DNA of 64,000 nt, taken from positions 2,333 through 66,332 of the forward strand of contig JAYPOA010000001.1 in the NCBI GenBank assembly GCA_038130705.1. Reading direction: 5' to 3'. The stretch comes from Methanobacteriota archaeon (GTDB taxonomy: Archaea; Thermoplasmatota; Poseidoniia; Poseidoniales; Poseidoniaceae). Shown here one piece after another: positions 1 through 10,330 of the stretch; positions within the stretch are counted from its first letter, which is position 1; each line of letters opens with the position of its first letter. The notes below the pieces were generated by a model. The model was given only the letters and a program-made list of their open reading frames with translations, was not told the origin of the DNA and did not search any database. The translations under genes were made by a program, and so were the position numbers.

Positions 1-804
1 CATACGGATTTACCTGACTTCTCTACCATCGCGGCAATTCAGTCAAACGATGGTGAAAAAGACTTGTTGAGTAATGTATCCAGCGTAACGGAAGCCCTGA
101 ATGACCATAATGATGCAGACCGGGAACTTATTCTTGAATGCCTAAATATTATCATTGAAGGTCAGATTCTTGATTTGGAAAGATTTGGTCCTGCAAAAGA
201 AGGAGGAGAAATTTCCTCACTTAATGACGATGATGAACTCGATGATTACACATACAGAGTAGCAGGTTGTGTGGGGACATTTTGGTCTAAAATATCACTG
301 CAACACCTCATGTCAATACCTGCTGACAAAGAAGATTTATTTCTACAAAGAGGGATAAGATTTGGTAAGGCATTACAAATGATTAACATTCTACGAGACA
401 TTCCTGAAGATTTGAGATTTGGAAGATGTTACGTGCCTGCCGATAAGTTGAACGAAATCGAAATGAATTCAGAAAGCCTATTAGATCCTAATAATTTTGA
501 TAAATTTGAATCACTTTACAACTCATACCTTGACTTGACAAACAATCACCTAGATGAAGCAGTAAATTACATTCTCATGCTTCCAAAAACACAATTTAGA
601 TTGAAAGCTTCGTGTATGCTCCCCGTTTTAATTGGTCAACGTACTGTATCGCTCCTTAGAAATGGTAATGTTTTAGATCCGGAAAACAGAATCAAAGTCG
701 ATAGAATGCAAATCAAATCTTATGCTAAGAAAATTCTATTCTCAATGATGGTCCCAGGTGGTGTCAAAAGACTACTAATCAAAAACAGAGCAGGAGCAAA
801 ATGA
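1..804 (+). CDS. Squalene/phytoene synthase family protein (5'-partial; frame open from base 1)
   Basis: LDDYTYRVAGCVG and LQMINILRDIPED...GRCYVP motifs of head-to-head prenyl synthases; frame 1 has no stop upstream of 64. Confidence 0.85.
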   Translation, partial: HTDLPDFSTIAAIQSNDGEKDLLSNVSSVTEALNDHNDADRELILECLNIIIEGQILDLERFGPAKEGGEISSLNDDDELDDYTYRVAGCVGTFWSKISLQHLMSIPADKEDLFLQRGIRFGKALQMINILRDIPEDLRFGRCYVPADKLNEIEMNSESLLDPNNFDKFESLYNSYLDLTNNHLDEAVNYILMLPKTQFRLKASCMLPVLIGQRTVSLLRNGNVLDPENRIKVDRMQIKSYAKKILFSMMVPGGVKRLLIKNRAGAK

Positions 805-853
805 CGCAATGTCTTGAGTATAAATTTCATTCAATTAACCCTCACACTGATAA

Positions 854-2173
854 GTGAGTATAGTTCCAATTGGGATGAGCGACATGCTGGAGCGCCGTAA
901 ACCGTTGGATTTGCTTTTTCCACTAAAAGGAGGAGCTACCAGTGATTTTGGTGTCAAAAAAGAAGGCGCTGCGTCCAAATTAAGAGCAGCGGTGAACCTG
1001 ACTGCTGACGCTGTAAAAGCAGTAAGCATAACAGCAATGGAAGCATTGAGAGAGGGTGCTGCCTTTGTGGGTATCATTGGTGAACAAGATGAGTTAATCG
1101 ACCCTTTCAATCACTTAGATGCTCCAATATGGGCAAGAGACCCTCCTGTTGAACTGCTGAAACTGGCTTACTCATACTGTGAAGAGTTGACGATTAGAGA
1201 GGCTGGAAATTTCTATCACTCTTTCAAGTATTTACCTGAGGAACAACGTCTCGCTATGTGCGCTGTCTACGCATTCTGTCGTAGAGCTGACGATATTGCT
1301 GATGGCGATTGGCAAGACAGATTCCCTGGTTCAATGGGGGAGCTTGACCCTGAAGCAGTTGCATACAGGGAACAGTTAGAAAAATTGCAAAACAAAGATA
1401 CAATCTTGCAAGAGGACTTGTATCTTGAAAAGATTACTCAATTATTCTTTTTCCGAAAGAAATTGTCGACTTGTTATTCAACAACAAGTAGTACAGACCC
1501 GGTATTTTTGGCGCTAAAGGATACAGTTAACAGATACAACATACCAAGAAGCGTTTTTGATGATTTAATTACCGGAATGGAAGATGACCTATACAATAAC
1601 AGATACAGGACTTTTGATGAACTCTATGTTTACTGTTACAGGGTTGCTTCAGTTGTTGGATTGATGTGTATTGAGATTTATGGATATGATGACCCATTGG
1701 CTCGTAAATATGCTGAGTCATGGGGTATTTTCATGCAATTAACCAATGTTCTAAGAGACGTTGGCGAAGATATTCAAAGAAATCGAGTATATCTTCCATT
1801 AAACGAACTTGAATCAAACGGAATTAACGAACCTGAACTTAATGGTGATGTTGTCCTGAACAAATCTTGGGAGCCATATGTTCACCATTATGCAAAGAGA
1901 GCAAGGACATACCTCGAAGAAGCAAAACAACTGCTCCCGTTATTACCGAGAAGAACTCGATATTCTCCTGCAGCAATGATCGCTTTTTATGACAAAATTC
2001 TGAAGCAGATCGAAAGACGACAAGGAGATGTTTTCACTCGCAGAGTAAAACTCAACAAATTCCAGAAATTATCCCTCGCCGCTGCTGTTTATCTAAGACA
2101 CAGGTTTATACCCAGTTGGTTAAACCCAATATGGACAGGATTGTCCAAAGTTGGATTGCTACCTGATGTATGA
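854..2173 (+). CDS. Phytoene/squalene synthase (CrtB/HpnD-like) with N-terminal extension; ATG at 875 is a likely start
   Basis: NFYHSF, YAFCRRADDIAD, YCYRVASVVG, MQLTNVLRDVGED, RVYLP motifs. Confidence 0.88.
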   Translation: MSIVPIGMSDMLERRKPLDLLFPLKGGATSDFGVKKEGAASKLRAAVNLTADAVKAVSITAMEALREGAAFVGIIGEQDELIDPFNHLDAPIWARDPPVELLKLAYSYCEELTIREAGNFYHSFKYLPEEQRLAMCAVYAFCRRADDIADGDWQDRFPGSMGELDPEAVAYREQLEKLQNKDTILQEDLYLEKITQLFFFRKKLSTCYSTTSSTDPVFLALKDTVNRYNIPRSVFDDLITGMEDDLYNNRYRTFDELYVYCYRVASVVGLMCIEIYGYDDPLARKYAESWGIFMQLTNVLRDVGEDIQRNRVYLPLNELESNGINEPELNGDVVLNKSWEPYVHHYAKRARTYLEEAKQLLPLLPRRTRYSPAAMIAFYDKILKQIERRQGDVFTRRVKLNKFQKLSLAAAVYLRHRFIPSWLNPIWTGLSKVGLLPDV

Positions 2174-3714
2174 ACGGTGTGGTAGGCTTGAAAAACACAG
2201 AAACTAAATTATTAATTGGATTTGGTTTACTCGGTGTTTTATTACCGTTTTTGGAACCCTTGACACTATTACTTCTTGGAGATGATTTGGGAGGAGCATT
2301 TTGGCCTATGGCTATTAGGACGCTTGAATTTACTATGCTACTTAGAGAAAACAGGTCAATTTTGTTCGCTATAATTCTACTATCTACAGTTACAGGACTA
2401 TATACCGGCCGTTCTGAAAATAAATTTAAGACTGTATTATCTTCTTTTTTCCTGGGCTTAACCATAGGTCTGTTTGCGATCTTTGTCTTGTTAGACATGG
2501 CATACATTAGAGGTGCTTTCCTTCTCCTTCCAACTGTCTACGGATTCATTATTCTGATTTGCTCAATCAAAATATTTGGCCGTCCAAGAAATATATTTAC
2601 TGGAACACGATCAAAAGTTTCTGGATTGTTAAATTACTCTCTAATACTGTTTGCAGTTTTCCTCATAACCCCAGGATTGGAAGCTATTTCAGGACTCGCC
2701 CCTCAACCACCAGAACTGGTTCTGACAGAGGAAAAATTCTCTATAGAAACGGAAGTACATCAATATCCAATGCCTGACGAGGTTGAGGACATTAGGGGCG
2801 ATATCGAAGGAGATATTGATTTCTCAATATACCTTGTAAGGCCTGAAAAAAGCCAAAATGAGGAATCCCCATTGGCAATATTACTTCACGGATTTGCAAA
2901 TCCGGGCTACTCCTCTTACACTGATTGGGCTGAAACTTTAGCAAAAAGAGGCGTTACTGTAGCCTACATACAATACCCTTCAGACGTTTGGCCTGAAGGC
3001 CATGACACATACACGCTTCATGAGCAAGATGGAATGTCTAACCATCCATTCCATGTGCCAAGAATAAAAGCTATTACTTCGGCTCTAATTCATCTTGAAA
3101 CGTTAATTGATAATAGGGTCAATACTGACTTTTTGCTCGTAGGAGGACATAGTTTAGGAGCAGGATATTCACTAATCGCCCTGGATTGGGCACTGCAAAA
3201 AGGATGGGGGAGCGATTCCCTAGTAGTCGACCTCGAAGCACCATATGCAAGGCCTGTCCAATCACATTTACAAGTAAACCTTAGTTCAATACCTGAAAAC
3301 TTCATCGGACACGTCGTGGTTAGTGAAGACGACATGAGTGTGTCTGATTGTTTTGGAGTTCATCATCAATCACTTCTAGGAGAAAAATCACTACTACTCG
3401 AGATACCAAGTGACCGCTATGGATATCCTAGGTTGGTTGCAAGTCATTACTTACAAGCTACAGAAACACACGACACTCTTGCTGATTGGGGATTCTACAA
3501 GAGAGTTGCATATCAAGCCGAGTGGTTGAATGCGAGAATGTATAACGATGTCGTGACTGAGGATTTAGCCAAAGAAAAATTGTCAAATAACGACGATGCG
3601 AAATACATGGGCAAGTGGTCTGATGGAATGAAGGTAAAAGAGATTAAAATATACGAAGACGCAATCAATACAGATACATTCGACTATTGTAAAACTTGGA
3701 CAGGCCCAGATTAA
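2170..3714 (+). CDS. Membrane-anchored alpha/beta hydrolase (about 5 N-terminal TM segments)
   Basis: LLHGF oxyanion region, GHSLG nucleophile elbow, candidate Asp (SEDD) and His (ASHY); ATGA overlap with upstream synthase. Confidence 0.75.
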   Translation: MNGVVGLKNTETKLLIGFGLLGVLLPFLEPLTLLLLGDDLGGAFWPMAIRTLEFTMLLRENRSILFAIILLSTVTGLYTGRSENKFKTVLSSFFLGLTIGLFAIFVLLDMAYIRGAFLLLPTVYGFIILICSIKIFGRPRNIFTGTRSKVSGLLNYSLILFAVFLITPGLEAISGLAPQPPELVLTEEKFSIETEVHQYPMPDEVEDIRGDIEGDIDFSIYLVRPEKSQNEESPLAILLHGFANPGYSSYTDWAETLAKRGVTVAYIQYPSDVWPEGHDTYTLHEQDGMSNHPFHVPRIKAITSALIHLETLIDNRVNTDFLLVGGHSLGAGYSLIALDWALQKGWGSDSLVVDLEAPYARPVQSHLQVNLSSIPENFIGHVVVSEDDMSVSDCFGVHHQSLLGEKSLLLEIPSDRYGYPRLVASHYLQATETHDTLADWGFYKRVAYQAEWLNARMYNDVVTEDLAKEKLSNNDDAKYMGKWSDGMKVKEIKIYEDAINTDTFDYCKTWTGPD

Positions 3715-4907
3715 GAATTTCTTGTGAACGCTTGTATTCCAGTTATGTATCTTCCAATTATCAAATTGTGAATATCATGGGTCCCCTCGTATGTCTTCAC
3801 GGATTCTAAGTTAGCCATATGCCTCATTACCGGATATTCGTCTAAAACTCCGTTTGCCCCATGAATGTCCCTCGCTACTCTTGCAATATCGAGAGCAATA
3901 TCCACATTATTCATCTTAGCTAAGCTGATTTGCTCATTGAACCAAGTACCATCATCCTTCTTTCTTCCGAGATGGTAGGCGAGCAATTGTCCTTTGGTGA
4001 TTTCTCTTAGCATCCAAGATAATTTATTTTGAACCAATTGATACGATGCGATTGGTTCGCCAAATTGAATTCTTGAAAGAGCGTACGTCTTTGCTGAATG
4101 GAAACAAGCCATTGCCGCACCGAGAGCGCCCCAAGAAATCCCAAACCGTGCATTGTTTAAACAAGAAAAAGGACCTCTTAGACCTTTTACACCGGGCAGA
4201 ATTCTATCTTTCGGTATCTTACAATCTTGGAATACGAGTTCACTTGTGACACTCGCTTTGAGGGAATGCTTTCCTTTCATTTCAGGAGCTGTGAATCCTT
4301 CATCGCCTTTCTCGACGATAAATCCACGAATTACTCCATCCAATTTTGCCCAGACTATTGCTACATCAGCAATGGTACCATTCGTTATCCACATCTTTGC
4401 GCCGTTTAGTAGGTAATGGTCACCCATATCTTCTGCTTTGGTGATCATATCGCCAGGATTCGAACCGTAATCTGGTTCGGTTAATCCGAAGCACCCAATC
4501 CATTCGCCTGAGGTCATTTTTGGCAGATAATGTTCCTTTTGTTCCTCGCTACCGAAATCCCATATTGGATACATTGCTAAAGAACCTTGAACACTTGCAA
4601 AGGACCTGAGTCCTGAATCTCCTCTTTCTAGTTCCTGACATATTAGGCCGTATGCGACATAAGAGAGTCCGGGGCACCCGTAGCCCTTGAGTGGAGCGCC
4701 TAAAACACCCATTTCTCCCAAAGCCACTCTCCATTCATCGAGAAAGACACCTTCTTCACATGCTTTCTCTATTTTGGGTAGTACTTCTTCATCGACCCAT
4801 TCCCTTACCATATCTCTAATCATGATTTCTTCTTCGGTTAGAAGTGATTCAATATCGTAAAAATCCAGACCCTCAAACGGTTCCATGATTGCGGGGGGAT
4901 GGCTCAA
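3711..4907 (-). CDS. Acyl-CoA dehydrogenase (glutaryl-CoA dehydrogenase-like)
   Basis: GCFGLTEPDYGS, LNGAKMWITNG, TYEGTHDIH motifs. Confidence 0.9.
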   Translation of the reverse strand: MSHPPAIMEPFEGLDFYDIESLLTEEEIMIRDMVREWVDEEVLPKIEKACEEGVFLDEWRVALGEMGVLGAPLKGYGCPGLSYVAYGLICQELERGDSGLRSFASVQGSLAMYPIWDFGSEEQKEHYLPKMTSGEWIGCFGLTEPDYGSNPGDMITKAEDMGDHYLLNGAKMWITNGTIADVAIVWAKLDGVIRGFIVEKGDEGFTAPEMKGKHSLKASVTSELVFQDCKIPKDRILPGVKGLRGPFSCLNNARFGISWGALGAAMACFHSAKTYALSRIQFGEPIASYQLVQNKLSWMLREITKGQLLAYHLGRKKDDGTWFNEQISLAKMNNVDIALDIARVARDIHGANGVLDEYPVMRHMANLESVKTYEGTHDIHNLIIGRYITGIQAFTRNS

Positions 4908-4925
4908 TCAAATGAATGTTAGGTA

Positions 4926-6098
4926 TTATTTTTCATCTGATTTTTTTCTTCCAACTAACTGCGCATATTTCCTTTGCAGGTATGGACTATTCCAGTAAAT
5001 CATTCCCAAGAAGACTCCCGGTACGCTAAGAGCAATTAGGAATATCACAATTCCAGGAACAAAACCAATACTGTCAACCTCGGTTGGGGTAAAGGAAACT
5101 ACTCTCCCGTAGGACGTTATCAGGTATCCAGTATTTTTTGAAGTCTCCCAAGCAAATCCATAACTATCCCCACCCAGAAACACATCCTCATCGGTTGCAT
5201 TATCATTTGAAAACATAAGGAATGAGTCTTTGTTATGCTGAGTATATCTCATCATAGAAAGTGGCCCTACTGCGACGATTGTTGATGAACCAAAAGCACT
5301 ATCGCTTGTTATAAAATCACCTTGTAATTTAGGAAAATCATCGACCTGTCCCATCATAGAATTGCTTGTGTCTTGAGTATCGACATCGATCTCAGCAACC
5401 TTTTTGCCACTTCCAAATATTGTACAAAATGTGCTCAATGGGTCCTGACAACTGATTCCAACCCACGTGTAGAATCTCGAGTTTGAAATCCATGTGACTT
5501 TGTCTGCTTGGTCAATTACGGCAATACCATTGCTAACGGTGGATACCAAACATATATTTTCATTCTTCAAACATTCTATATCTGTTACCATTGATGATGC
5601 TTCATCATCTATCATTGTGAACGTATCAGCAAAATATTTCCAAATCTGGCCACTCTCTGTACCGATGTATGCAACCGATGAACCAGGGGTGAATTTTATT
5701 GAACGAAGGTCTTGTCCAGAAATCGCAGATGAACCTTCGGCTTCTGCAAGTGCATAAGTGGTTGAGTTATACCTCAATACAACTCCAGCATCTCCTACGA
5801 TTAGAGCACTCTTGCCAGCAGGATGCCATGAAGCAGAGTGCAGTTCTTCTGTAGTTTCATTTTCAAGACTCACATCGAAATTTGGATTCTCTGCATTCTC
5901 TGCTGAAACGATGTGCGCATAACCGTCTGCTCCGTAAATAAGAACGGTGTCTCCTAAGGGAGAAACTGCACCTCCATTGATTCCAAGATCCAACTTCTCT
6001 ATTTTTCTCTCATATGTGATGTCGACTGTTGTATCAATTTCGGCTACAACGACTGGAAGCGTCAGAATCAGACAGAGCAATATTGCGATTCTGCGCAT
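4926..6098 (-). CDS. Exported beta-propeller-like protein with C-terminal membrane anchor
   Basis: Signal peptide MRRIAILLCLILTLPVVVA; WD40-like repeats (SASWHPAG, SIKFTPGS); C-terminal TM helix and basic tail. Confidence 0.6.
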   Translation of the reverse strand: MRRIAILLCLILTLPVVVAEIDTTVDITYERKIEKLDLGINGGAVSPLGDTVLIYGADGYAHIVSAENAENPNFDVSLENETTEELHSASWHPAGKSALIVGDAGVVLRYNSTTYALAEAEGSSAISGQDLRSIKFTPGSSVAYIGTESGQIWKYFADTFTMIDDEASSMVTDIECLKNENICLVSTVSNGIAVIDQADKVTWISNSRFYTWVGISCQDPLSTFCTIFGSGKKVAEIDVDTQDTSNSMMGQVDDFPKLQGDFITSDSAFGSSTIVAVGPLSMMRYTQHNKDSFLMFSNDNATDEDVFLGGDSYGFAWETSKNTGYLITSYGRVVSFTPTEVDSIGFVPGIVIFLIALSVPGVFLGMIYWNSPYLQRKYAQLVGRKKSDEK

Positions 6099-6188
6099 AT
6101 ACCGGCGAGGAGACTTTACCCAAAAAGCCCCCGCAAAAAATCCATACTCAACGGGAGAACTTATTTTCTAATTATTTCAGGCACCTAT

Positions 6189-6719
6189 ATGGAGACATTT
6201 GAGGTCAAGCGCGGAATTGTAAAATCGGTAGGTGGAAATGCTGGGTTAGCAAAATTAGCAACTGAGTATTTTGAAAATGTAGAAGTTGATGCAGATGGAA
6301 ATTTCACAGCATCATATGGCATCATGACCAAAGTTTCAGGAGTATACACCGAAGAAGGAAAACTCAAAGTTGATGTTAACCAGTTAGCCGGGAAAGATTT
6401 GTCAGAATATTTGGCAGCAGATGGCGGTAGGGAAAAAGCAATGGAGTCAAGGAAAAGATGGTCTTCATTCCTCGATGAAACAACTGGCTACAATGGAAAA
6501 CAGCGTGGCGATAAAGCCAAAGAGGCCGCAAAGAAAATTTCAAAATCAAAATCAGCCATAAACATGGCAAGAAAATTCATGGATATTAGTGAAAATGTAA
6601 CTGCCGAGCAAAAACAGCAAGCTGAAGACCTGATTGCAGAAATTCAACAAAAATTGGATGAAGGAAACGGCACTCGAGCCCTTTCTCTTTCTGAGAAATT
6701 AAACAAATTGTTTGGTTAG
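6189..6719 (+). CDS. Conserved archaeal hypothetical protein (DUF5611-like) with helical C-terminal extension
   Basis: FEVKRG N-terminus and WSSFLDETTGYNGKQR motif recalled from small archaeal proteins; family not verified. Confidence 0.5.
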   Translation: METFEVKRGIVKSVGGNAGLAKLATEYFENVEVDADGNFTASYGIMTKVSGVYTEEGKLKVDVNQLAGKDLSEYLAADGGREKAMESRKRWSSFLDETTGYNGKQRGDKAKEAAKKISKSKSAINMARKFMDISENVTAEQKQQAEDLIAEIQQKLDEGNGTRALSLSEKLNKLFG

Positions 6720-6729
6720 GTGAATCTTC

Positions 6730-7857
6730 ATGGATGATCTCGTCGAACGCTATCCACGCGTCGCTGAACTCGACGAAGAAAATCTCCGAAGATTGAATCT
6801 AATTATTGGTGATGTGCAGGAATCAGTAGGCATAGAACACATCGTCGACTGTTTGGCAGACTCTACATCTGCGGCAGGAGATGGTGTCATCAGATCTTAT
6901 GTTGGTTTCGAACCTTCCGGTAAGGCCCATATAGGATGGAAAGTGCTTTCTTTACAATTAAGAAGAATGTTAGAAGCAGATACAAATGTTCTGATATTTT
7001 TGGCTGATTGGCATGCTTGGGTTAACGACAAATTCAACGGTAAGATGGAAGACATCCAAACTACTGCAAAATACATGGAAGAAACATTCAGAGCATTATT
7101 AGGATATCCACCAGAAGGAGACGGCCCAGGAGAACTCAGATTCGTATGGGCGTCAAACATAATGGATTCTGGTGATTATTGGGCAAGGGTTCTAAGATGT
7201 TCCAAAAACATGAGTCTTTCAAGAGTTCGTAGAACTTTCTCCATAATGGGTAGAGATGAGGATTCGTCCGATGGTGACCTGTCACGATTTTTCTATCCTG
7301 CATTACAGGCTGCTGACATTTTCGAAATGAACATTGATGTTGCAATCGGTGGCATGGACCAGAGGAAGGCCCACATGTACATGAGAGATGTAGCGGACAG
7401 ATGGGGATGGTACAAGGCAACGTGCCTTCATACACCGATTATTTCAGGACTCAAAAGCTCAGGAGCAAGAATGGAATCATTCGACCACAAAATGAGTAAA
7501 TCTGATCCAAATGGTGCCATTCTTCTTCACGATGATGAGAAAAAATTGTCTAAGAAAATGAGGAAAGCCTACCTTGATCCTGGAAACACCGAATCACCTG
7601 TTTACGAGTTAATTCAACATATCATTCTTCCAGAATTAGGTAAGTTAGTAATCACCCCCAATCCTGAATACGGAAGTCCTTCAACATGGGATGATTTAGA
7701 TTTGCTGAAAAACGCCGTTTCTTCAGGCGAAGTCCATCCTTTCGATGTCAAAATGGCAGTCGCAAACGGCATAGCACAAGGGTTAGAAATGGTGTCAAAC
7801 CATTTCGAAAATAATCCAGATACTCTTAGCAGGGTCAACGAACTGATTAATGATTAG
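6730..7857 (+). CDS. tyrS: Tyrosyl-tRNA synthetase (archaeal type)
   Basis: YVGFEPSGKAHIGW (HIGH), YPALQAADI, GGMDQRKAH, KMSKS. Confidence 0.95.
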   Translation: MDDLVERYPRVAELDEENLRRLNLIIGDVQESVGIEHIVDCLADSTSAAGDGVIRSYVGFEPSGKAHIGWKVLSLQLRRMLEADTNVLIFLADWHAWVNDKFNGKMEDIQTTAKYMEETFRALLGYPPEGDGPGELRFVWASNIMDSGDYWARVLRCSKNMSLSRVRRTFSIMGRDEDSSDGDLSRFFYPALQAADIFEMNIDVAIGGMDQRKAHMYMRDVADRWGWYKATCLHTPIISGLKSSGARMESFDHKMSKSDPNGAILLHDDEKKLSKKMRKAYLDPGNTESPVYELIQHIILPELGKLVITPNPEYGSPSTWDDLDLLKNAVSSGEVHPFDVKMAVANGIAQGLEMVSNHFENNPDTLSRVNELIND

Positions 7858-7919
7858 ATAAGGTTCATCAACGGGCTTTCTGTGGCTTGGATAACCCCAA
7901 TGGGCCGAAGGTGGAAATT

Positions 7920-8663
7920 ATGCCGAATATCGTTGTATTGGTTAAGCGTGTACCGGACACAAATGCTAGAATCATCGTTAGCGGAGACAGAGTAGATTTG
8001 TCAGCAGTAAAATGGGTAATCAGCCCATATGATGAATTCGCAATCGAAACTGCGCTACAACACAAAGAAGCGGTTGGTGGTAGCGTCACAGCACTTACAC
8101 TTGGGCCCGCAGACGCAGACAAAATTCTCAAGGATGCTAAAGCCATCGGAGTCGATGAAATTGTTAGAGTATGGGATGACTCATGGTCTGACCTTGACTC
8201 AAATTCAATCCAAACAGCACTCGCTAACGCAATATCCGAGATAGGAGCAGAAGTGGTTTACTGTGGTAAAACAGCAGCTGACACCGGTGCTGGTTCAACA
8301 GGACCGGGCGTCGCAGAAAAATTAGGATGGGCAAGCGTCTCCAATATCACAGATGCTGACTTCTCATCTGGATTAATCGTCCACACCCCTTCTGAAAAGG
8401 GGACTGCGATTGTATCGATTTCTGGAAATGCTGTCGTTTCATGTGACAAAGGAAGCGTCAAAGTTCGAAAACCTAACGTTAAAGGAATAATGATGGCCAA
8501 GAAAGCACAAGTCAGTGTGATGTCTGTTTCAGCGCCACAATCTACTGTTCAATTAGTAAGTCAATCCCCTCCTCCTGCCAAGCCTGAAGGTAAAAAATAC
8601 ACTGGAGGAGGTTCTGCTGAAGAGGTGGCGAAACTACTTCGTGATGAAGCAAATGTAATTTGA
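7920..8663 (+). CDS. etfB: Electron transfer flavoprotein beta subunit
   Basis: IVVLVKRVPD, PYDEFAIETA, GKTAAD, PNVKGIMMAKK; ATG at 7920 preferred over TTG 7887. Confidence 0.93.
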   Translation: MPNIVVLVKRVPDTNARIIVSGDRVDLSAVKWVISPYDEFAIETALQHKEAVGGSVTALTLGPADADKILKDAKAIGVDEIVRVWDDSWSDLDSNSIQTALANAISEIGAEVVYCGKTAADTGAGSTGPGVAEKLGWASVSNITDADFSSGLIVHTPSEKGTAIVSISGNAVVSCDKGSVKVRKPNVKGIMMAKKAQVSVMSVSAPQSTVQLVSQSPPPAKPEGKKYTGGGSAEEVAKLLRDEANVI

Positions 8664-8672
8664 GGTGATAAA

Positions 8673-9599
8673 ATGAGTCAAAGTATTGTAATCGCAGAAA
8701 TAAACAACGGGAAGATTTCACCTGTAACAGGTGAACTTGTAACGGCTGCAATCACCATGGGAACAACACCCACCGTCGTAGTACCTTGTACAGATTCATC
8801 GATCGCAGATGGTGCAGGATATGCAGGTTGTTCCAAAGTCATGGCTGTGAAGGGAGATTGTTTCACTAACTATGATGCATCTTCTTGGGCACAAGCTATT
8901 GATGCTGCAGTTCCTGCTGGAGTTATCTTTGGAGCTGCATCACCACAAACAAAAGATTTGGTTGCGCGAATTGCAGCGAGAAGAAACATCTCGGTTGTTC
9001 AAGATGTTGTAGGAATAGATGGAAACAATCTAACCAGCCCAATTTATTCAGGAAAAGCCATGCAAACTGTTGCTATCAGTGGAGATGCGGCAATTTCAGT
9101 TAGAGCCAACGTATTTTCAAGCGCTGAATCAACTGCGTCTGAGGTATCTGTCGTGGACCAATCCGGAGATATTGCTACAGCAGTAAATGAAGTAATAGCA
9201 AGAGCATCTGCAAGACTGGATGTGTCAGAAGCTAACATCATTATCTCTGGTGGTAGAGGAATGGGTAGTCCTGATAACTTCACCCATTTAGAGAAAATAG
9301 CAGATGTTCTTGGCGCCGCTGTTGGGGCTTCAAGGGCGGCAGTTGACACTTGGGATGAGATTCCTCATTCGATGCAAGTCGGACAAACTGGAAAGACTGT
9401 AAACCCAAATTTGTACATCGCCGTTGGAATATCGGGAGCCATTCAGCACCTTGCAGGAATGAGGTCTTCGAAGTACATTGTAGCGATTAACAAAGATGCA
9501 GATGCACCTATTTTCGCTCATGCTGACTACGGCATCGTTTCAACATGGGAAGATGCACTTCCAGTTCTTGAATCTGCTTTGTCTTCTATGATGGCTTGA
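8673..9599 (+). CDS. etfA: Electron transfer flavoprotein alpha subunit
   Basis: SGGRG, GASRAAVD, QVGQTGK, GISGAIQHLAGM, AINKD; GAGGTGA RBS. Confidence 0.95.
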   Translation: MSQSIVIAEINNGKISPVTGELVTAAITMGTTPTVVVPCTDSSIADGAGYAGCSKVMAVKGDCFTNYDASSWAQAIDAAVPAGVIFGAASPQTKDLVARIAARRNISVVQDVVGIDGNNLTSPIYSGKAMQTVAISGDAAISVRANVFSSAESTASEVSVVDQSGDIATAVNEVIARASARLDVSEANIIISGGRGMGSPDNFTHLEKIADVLGAAVGASRAAVDTWDEIPHSMQVGQTGKTVNPNLYIAVGISGAIQHLAGMRSSKYIVAINKDADAPIFAHADYGIVSTWEDALPVLESALSSMMA

Positions 9600-9607
9600 G
9601 TTGTAAT

Positions 9608-10330
9608 TTACAACCATGCTCCACGGCCTCTGAAGCCGTCATTTAGGAAGGGATTAGTTCTCTTTTCGACACCGATTGTAGTAAGAGGTCCATGACCTGG
9701 ATGAACTATCGTTTCTTCATCCAATGGCCACAAACGTTCTCTAATCATCCTCAACAACAAGTCGAGGTCTCCTCCTGAATTTGGTAAGTCTGTTCTTCCG
9801 ATTGAGCCTTGGAAAAGTGTATCTCCAGCGAAAAGGTGATCTGGACCGTCGTTGACTTCCAGCCTAAGGCAACATCCTCCAAGAGTATGACCTGGCGTAT
9901 GAATTATCTGAAAATTCATTCCTGCGAATTGGTAATTTTCTCCATTCTCCCAAGTATTCTCTGCGATCGCAGGCTCAGGTAATTCAAACCCCCATCTCTT
10001 CCCTGACTCTCTTGCTAGACTTTGCAAAAAGAAATCATCTTTATGAAGCCACCATTCTAAATTGTAATGGTCCTTGAAATATGGAATGTCGCCACTGTGG
10101 TCAAAATGTGCATGAGTGTTGAGCAAAGCAACAACTTTTCTATCACCAGAAAAGTTTCCAATTTCGTAATCTGATTCGCCAATTCCTTTGTCTATCCAGT
10201 CGATGATTCTTTGAAAATCACCACCGCCATCAATAATCACCGTTTCCCCATTTTCTGGATTGGTTACTACGCTACACCTCTGTTGCAAGGCGGTAACAAA
10301 AAAATGGTTGATATTTGGTGAATTCACCAT
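9608..10330 (-). CDS. Metallo-beta-lactamase fold hydrolase (glyoxalase II/YcbL-like)
   Basis: THAHFDH, HTPGHT, GDTLF, GRTDL, PGHG. Confidence 0.9.
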   Translation of the reverse strand: MVNSPNINHFFVTALQQRCSVVTNPENGETVIIDGGGDFQRIIDWIDKGIGESDYEIGNFSGDRKVVALLNTHAHFDHSGDIPYFKDHYNLEWWLHKDDFFLQSLARESGKRWGFELPEPAIAENTWENGENYQFAGMNFQIIHTPGHTLGGCCLRLEVNDGPDHLFAGDTLFQGSIGRTDLPNSGGDLDLLLRMIRERLWPLDEETIVHPGHGPLTTIGVEKRTNPFLNDGFRGRGAWL

